Shown one piece after another: positions 56,250 to 58,529 of a DNA stretch of 58,529 nucleotides (position 1 is its first letter; each line of letters opens with the position of its first letter). This DNA is from Planctomycetes bacterium UBA1662. GTDB lineage: Bacteria > Planctomycetota > UBA8108. Under the pieces are notes generated by a model. That model was not told where the DNA came from, searched no databases, and saw only the letters and a program-made list of their open reading frames with translations. The stretch spans positions 1-58,529 of the forward strand of contig DCKY01000210.1 in the NCBI GenBank assembly GCA_002320775.1, in the 5' to 3' direction. Made by a program: the position numbers and the translations under genes.

Positions 56250-57458
56250 CTATACATCAGGAAAAGGAGGGGGAGATGGCGGCGGCTGTTCTCTCTCCTC
56301 ATCGACGACAGTCGCGGATTCCTTGAAAAAGGAAAGGGGGTCGAAATAGCCGGGGTCGACCTCTAGCTTCTGGTCTACGAGGGACGGATGCAGCAGCTGA
56401 AACTCGAGGTAATAGGCGAGGCCATGTGAAGGGTCCAGGGAAAGATTGCCCTCGACCCCCTTCATGGCGACCAGGTCCGGGGGATAGAGATCCGTGAACA
56501 TCGGCTCGAAATCCAGGACCTCATCGAAGGCCTCCTCCACCGGCGCTCCGAGCGGGAGGCGCTCTACGGTCTTGTCGTAAAGAACAATCGGGCGAGTGAT
56601 CACCGTTTTCTCCTTTCGCACCAACTCTCCCTCATCTTCCTCAGATTTGTATTCCATTGTGCGATAGGGACAACTCTCGATATTGCCCGCCACCACACGC
56701 AACCGGGCGCCATGAAGATCCGTCTCGGCCCGACCGGAAAACCAGTCGGAGAGCTGGAAGCGCATCCCCCGGCCGATCTTTCGCTTACTTTTCCTGCGAA
56801 GCGAAAGGCCATCGGGAACCCTGAAGTAGGGACCGACATCGGGACTGAAAAGATCCTTGGTCCGCTCCCAGGCAATATATAGAAGGACGGCCCCGGCAAT
56901 AGCCACCAAGGCGACGAAGAGTGTCGCCAAATCCCCAGAAGGATTCAGGATAATTTCCCGTAACAGCCTCTCGGCAAGATACAAAAGCGCCAGTCCCCCA
57001 CCCCAGAGCAGGAACAAAGCCTGCTTGGTGTCAGCTCGAAGCAGCATCAAGTTCTGATAGAGTGAAAATTTATCCTCGGGAGTGAAGGTTCCGGCCAGAT
57101 CCTCGCTGACATGGATATTTCCTACATCCAGGGGAACCTGGAAATCTTTAAGGAGCCGCGAAGACCCGACAACGATGGTGGCCCTGGCGACCAGGATGAT
57201 CCAGTTTCCCTCGTAGGTGAAGAGAGTTCGTGGACATTTATAGCGCAGGGTGTGCAGGGGCTTGCTGACCTTGAAGCTCTTGCTGAGCAGCACGACCCTT
57301 TTATTGACCGCGCTGGGGTGATCTGCCTTACAGCGCAGGGTCAGCTTCAACTCCGCCGTCTCCCCTTTATGCATCTTGAGATCCGGGCGAAAGCGGATCA
57401 TCGCCACCCGCCGCTCATCGACCGTCACCATCTCAATTTCCAGGCTGGCTTTTTCCAT
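56250..57458 (-). CDS. Hypothetical two-TM membrane protein, paralog of 54915-56177
   Basis: Two central hydrophobic helices; conserved DLHG.RLRVVAGNIE, LYPPDLVA, HGL.YYL.FQ.LHP.LVD. Confidence 0.75.
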   Translation of the reverse strand: MEKASLEIEMVTVDERRVAMIRFRPDLKMHKGETAELKLTLRCKADHPSAVNKRVVLLSKSFKVSKPLHTLRYKCPRTLFTYEGNWIILVARATIVVGSSRLLKDFQVPLDVGNIHVSEDLAGTFTPEDKFSLYQNLMLLRADTKQALFLLWGGGLALLYLAERLLREIILNPSGDLATLFVALVAIAGAVLLYIAWERTKDLFSPDVGPYFRVPDGLSLRRKSKRKIGRGMRFQLSDWFSGRAETDLHGARLRVVAGNIESCPYRTMEYKSEEDEGELVRKEKTVITRPIVLYDKTVERLPLGAPVEEAFDEVLDFEPMFTDLYPPDLVAMKGVEGNLSLDPSHGLAYYLEFQLLHPSLVDQKLEVDPGYFDPLSFFKESATVVDEEREQPPPSPPPFPDV

Positions 57459-57561
57459 CTACATCCACCCGCATTGAACGATGAGAGACAACCATCCATC
57501 TGTTCAGAGCTTATCAGGAGAGCTGTTGACGCAGATCAGGAAAATCCCGCGCCCCGGCAAA

Positions 57562-57915
57562 TCAGGGTTGCGCGCCGCCGGCAACCCACAATCGCAGAAG
57601 AGCGATGGAGGCCGTGTCCAGGGAGGGCGCATCATCTTCGGGCGGCATCCTTGTAACCAGCCCGCTGTCTTCCACCGCGCTGATGAGCAGGCTCGAGTCG
57701 ACATCTCCTGGGACGATAGCCGGCCCGCTCTTGCCCCCTGCAAGGATGGCCGCCCGGCTGTCGAGGCGGAGCTCTGATTCGGGCTCCTCCCCTCCATGAC
57801 AGGAGACGCAGTTGCTCTCGAGGATCCCTTTTACCGATGAATACGAAACCGGCCCCGTCGCCCGCCCGCAGGAGCATAAGAAACAAAGCAGCGGCAGGAG
57901 CGAAAGGAGGCGCAC
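57562..57915 (-). CDS. Small planctomycete cytochrome c domain lipoprotein
   Basis: NCVSCHG (CxxCH), LRLDSR, GPAIVPGD..S.L..MPP..WVAGGA; LCSC lipobox; GTG start. Confidence 0.8.
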   Translation of the reverse strand: MRLLSLLPLLCFLCSCGRATGPVSYSSVKGILESNCVSCHGGEEPESELRLDSRAAILAGGKSGPAIVPGDVDSSLLISAVEDSGLVTRMPPEDDAPSLDTASIALLRLWVAGGAQP

Positions 57916-57919
57916 GGGA

Positions 57920-58528
57920 TCAATCTCCGACAAGCGAGGAAACCGGGGTCCGCAGGTCGCCCTCGACCTTCCGGGTATTCCACTCCCGCTGGTAACGTTC
58001 GAGGACCGGATCCTCGGGGTAGCGCTCACCCTCGGCATAGGGGTAGGACTTCATGCCTCCAAAGGGCAGCGGTGCCACTCCATCTCCGTGACCGGTGTAG
58101 AAATCCATGTCCTTGCAATAGCCCCCGCTCTTCAGAAAAAAAGTACGCCTCCGCCCGGACTCGAGGGAATCAAGGCGATCAGCCCTGAAGGACAATTCGA
58201 TCTCGTCGCCGGGGCCGAAGATCACGAACTGGCCATCATCTTCATCGAGAAGAGGCCGGACATCGCCAAAGCGGGTATAGCTGCCCGGCATGACCTTATA
58301 ATGAGTCCACTCGGCGAACTCCTTGTAGAGAAAACCCTCCACCTCCTCGCCGGGAGCCGGATCGATCGGGAAGCCGCGGTAGTGCAGGTTTGCCCGGTCG
58401 GCCCCCAGCTGCCGCACGCTCACCTTGTCATCTCCGGCGCCGGAAAGATCTACATCTCGAGCCCTCGCGATAAAGACCTCGTCCCAGGCGATCTCGAGGT
58501 TCGTGTCAATCCTGAAGCGGCGGTCTCC
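57920..58528 (-). CDS. C-terminal part of an ASPIC/UnbV-type FG-GAP protein; 5' partial
   Basis: Frame open to the window edge; RIDTNLEIAWD, G.YTRFGDV.PLL..DD.FVIFGPGDE, GYCKDMD, PLPF..M..YPY motifs typical of these C-termini. Confidence 0.7.
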   Translation of the reverse strand, partial: GDRRFRIDTNLEIAWDEVFIARARDVDLSGAGDDKVSVRQLGADRANLHYRGFPIDPAPGEEVEGFLYKEFAEWTHYKVMPGSYTRFGDVRPLLDEDDGQFVIFGPGDEIELSFRADRLDSLESGRRRTFFLKSGGYCKDMDFYTGHGDGVAPLPFGGMKSYPYAEGERYPEDPVLERYQREWNTRKVEGDLRTPVSSLVGD

Positions 58529-58529
58529 C

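Overview
GC-rich bacterial chromosomal segment, very probably from a Planctomycetota: it has planctomycete cytochrome c domains, DUF3500, a PQQ-like propeller, three CRTAC1/ASPIC-UnbV proteins and four secreted proteins with C-terminal dockerin-like modules. It holds about 40 CDS (housekeeping fumC, lysA, proC, pfkA and a mutS2-like gene, plus many secreted proteins), tRNA-Arg(UCU) and a probable 6S RNA. I saw no mobile element or CRISPR array. The main result is evidence of selenocysteine recoding that the ORF track misses. (1) A SelW/Rdx-family CxxU selenoprotein gene lies at 38559-38789 (-) with a SECIS-like hairpin, indicating that the organism decodes UGA as Sec. (2) The in-frame ORFs 13816-15684 and 15706-17703 are separated by a single UGA followed 11 nt later by a SECIS-like hairpin. 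They therefore probably encode one 1295-aa lipoprotein (FG-GAP propeller, Sec623, ASPIC/UnbV, CxxC thioredoxin, TPR), a candidate new selenoprotein family. All calls come from motif recognition by eye; no database searches were run.
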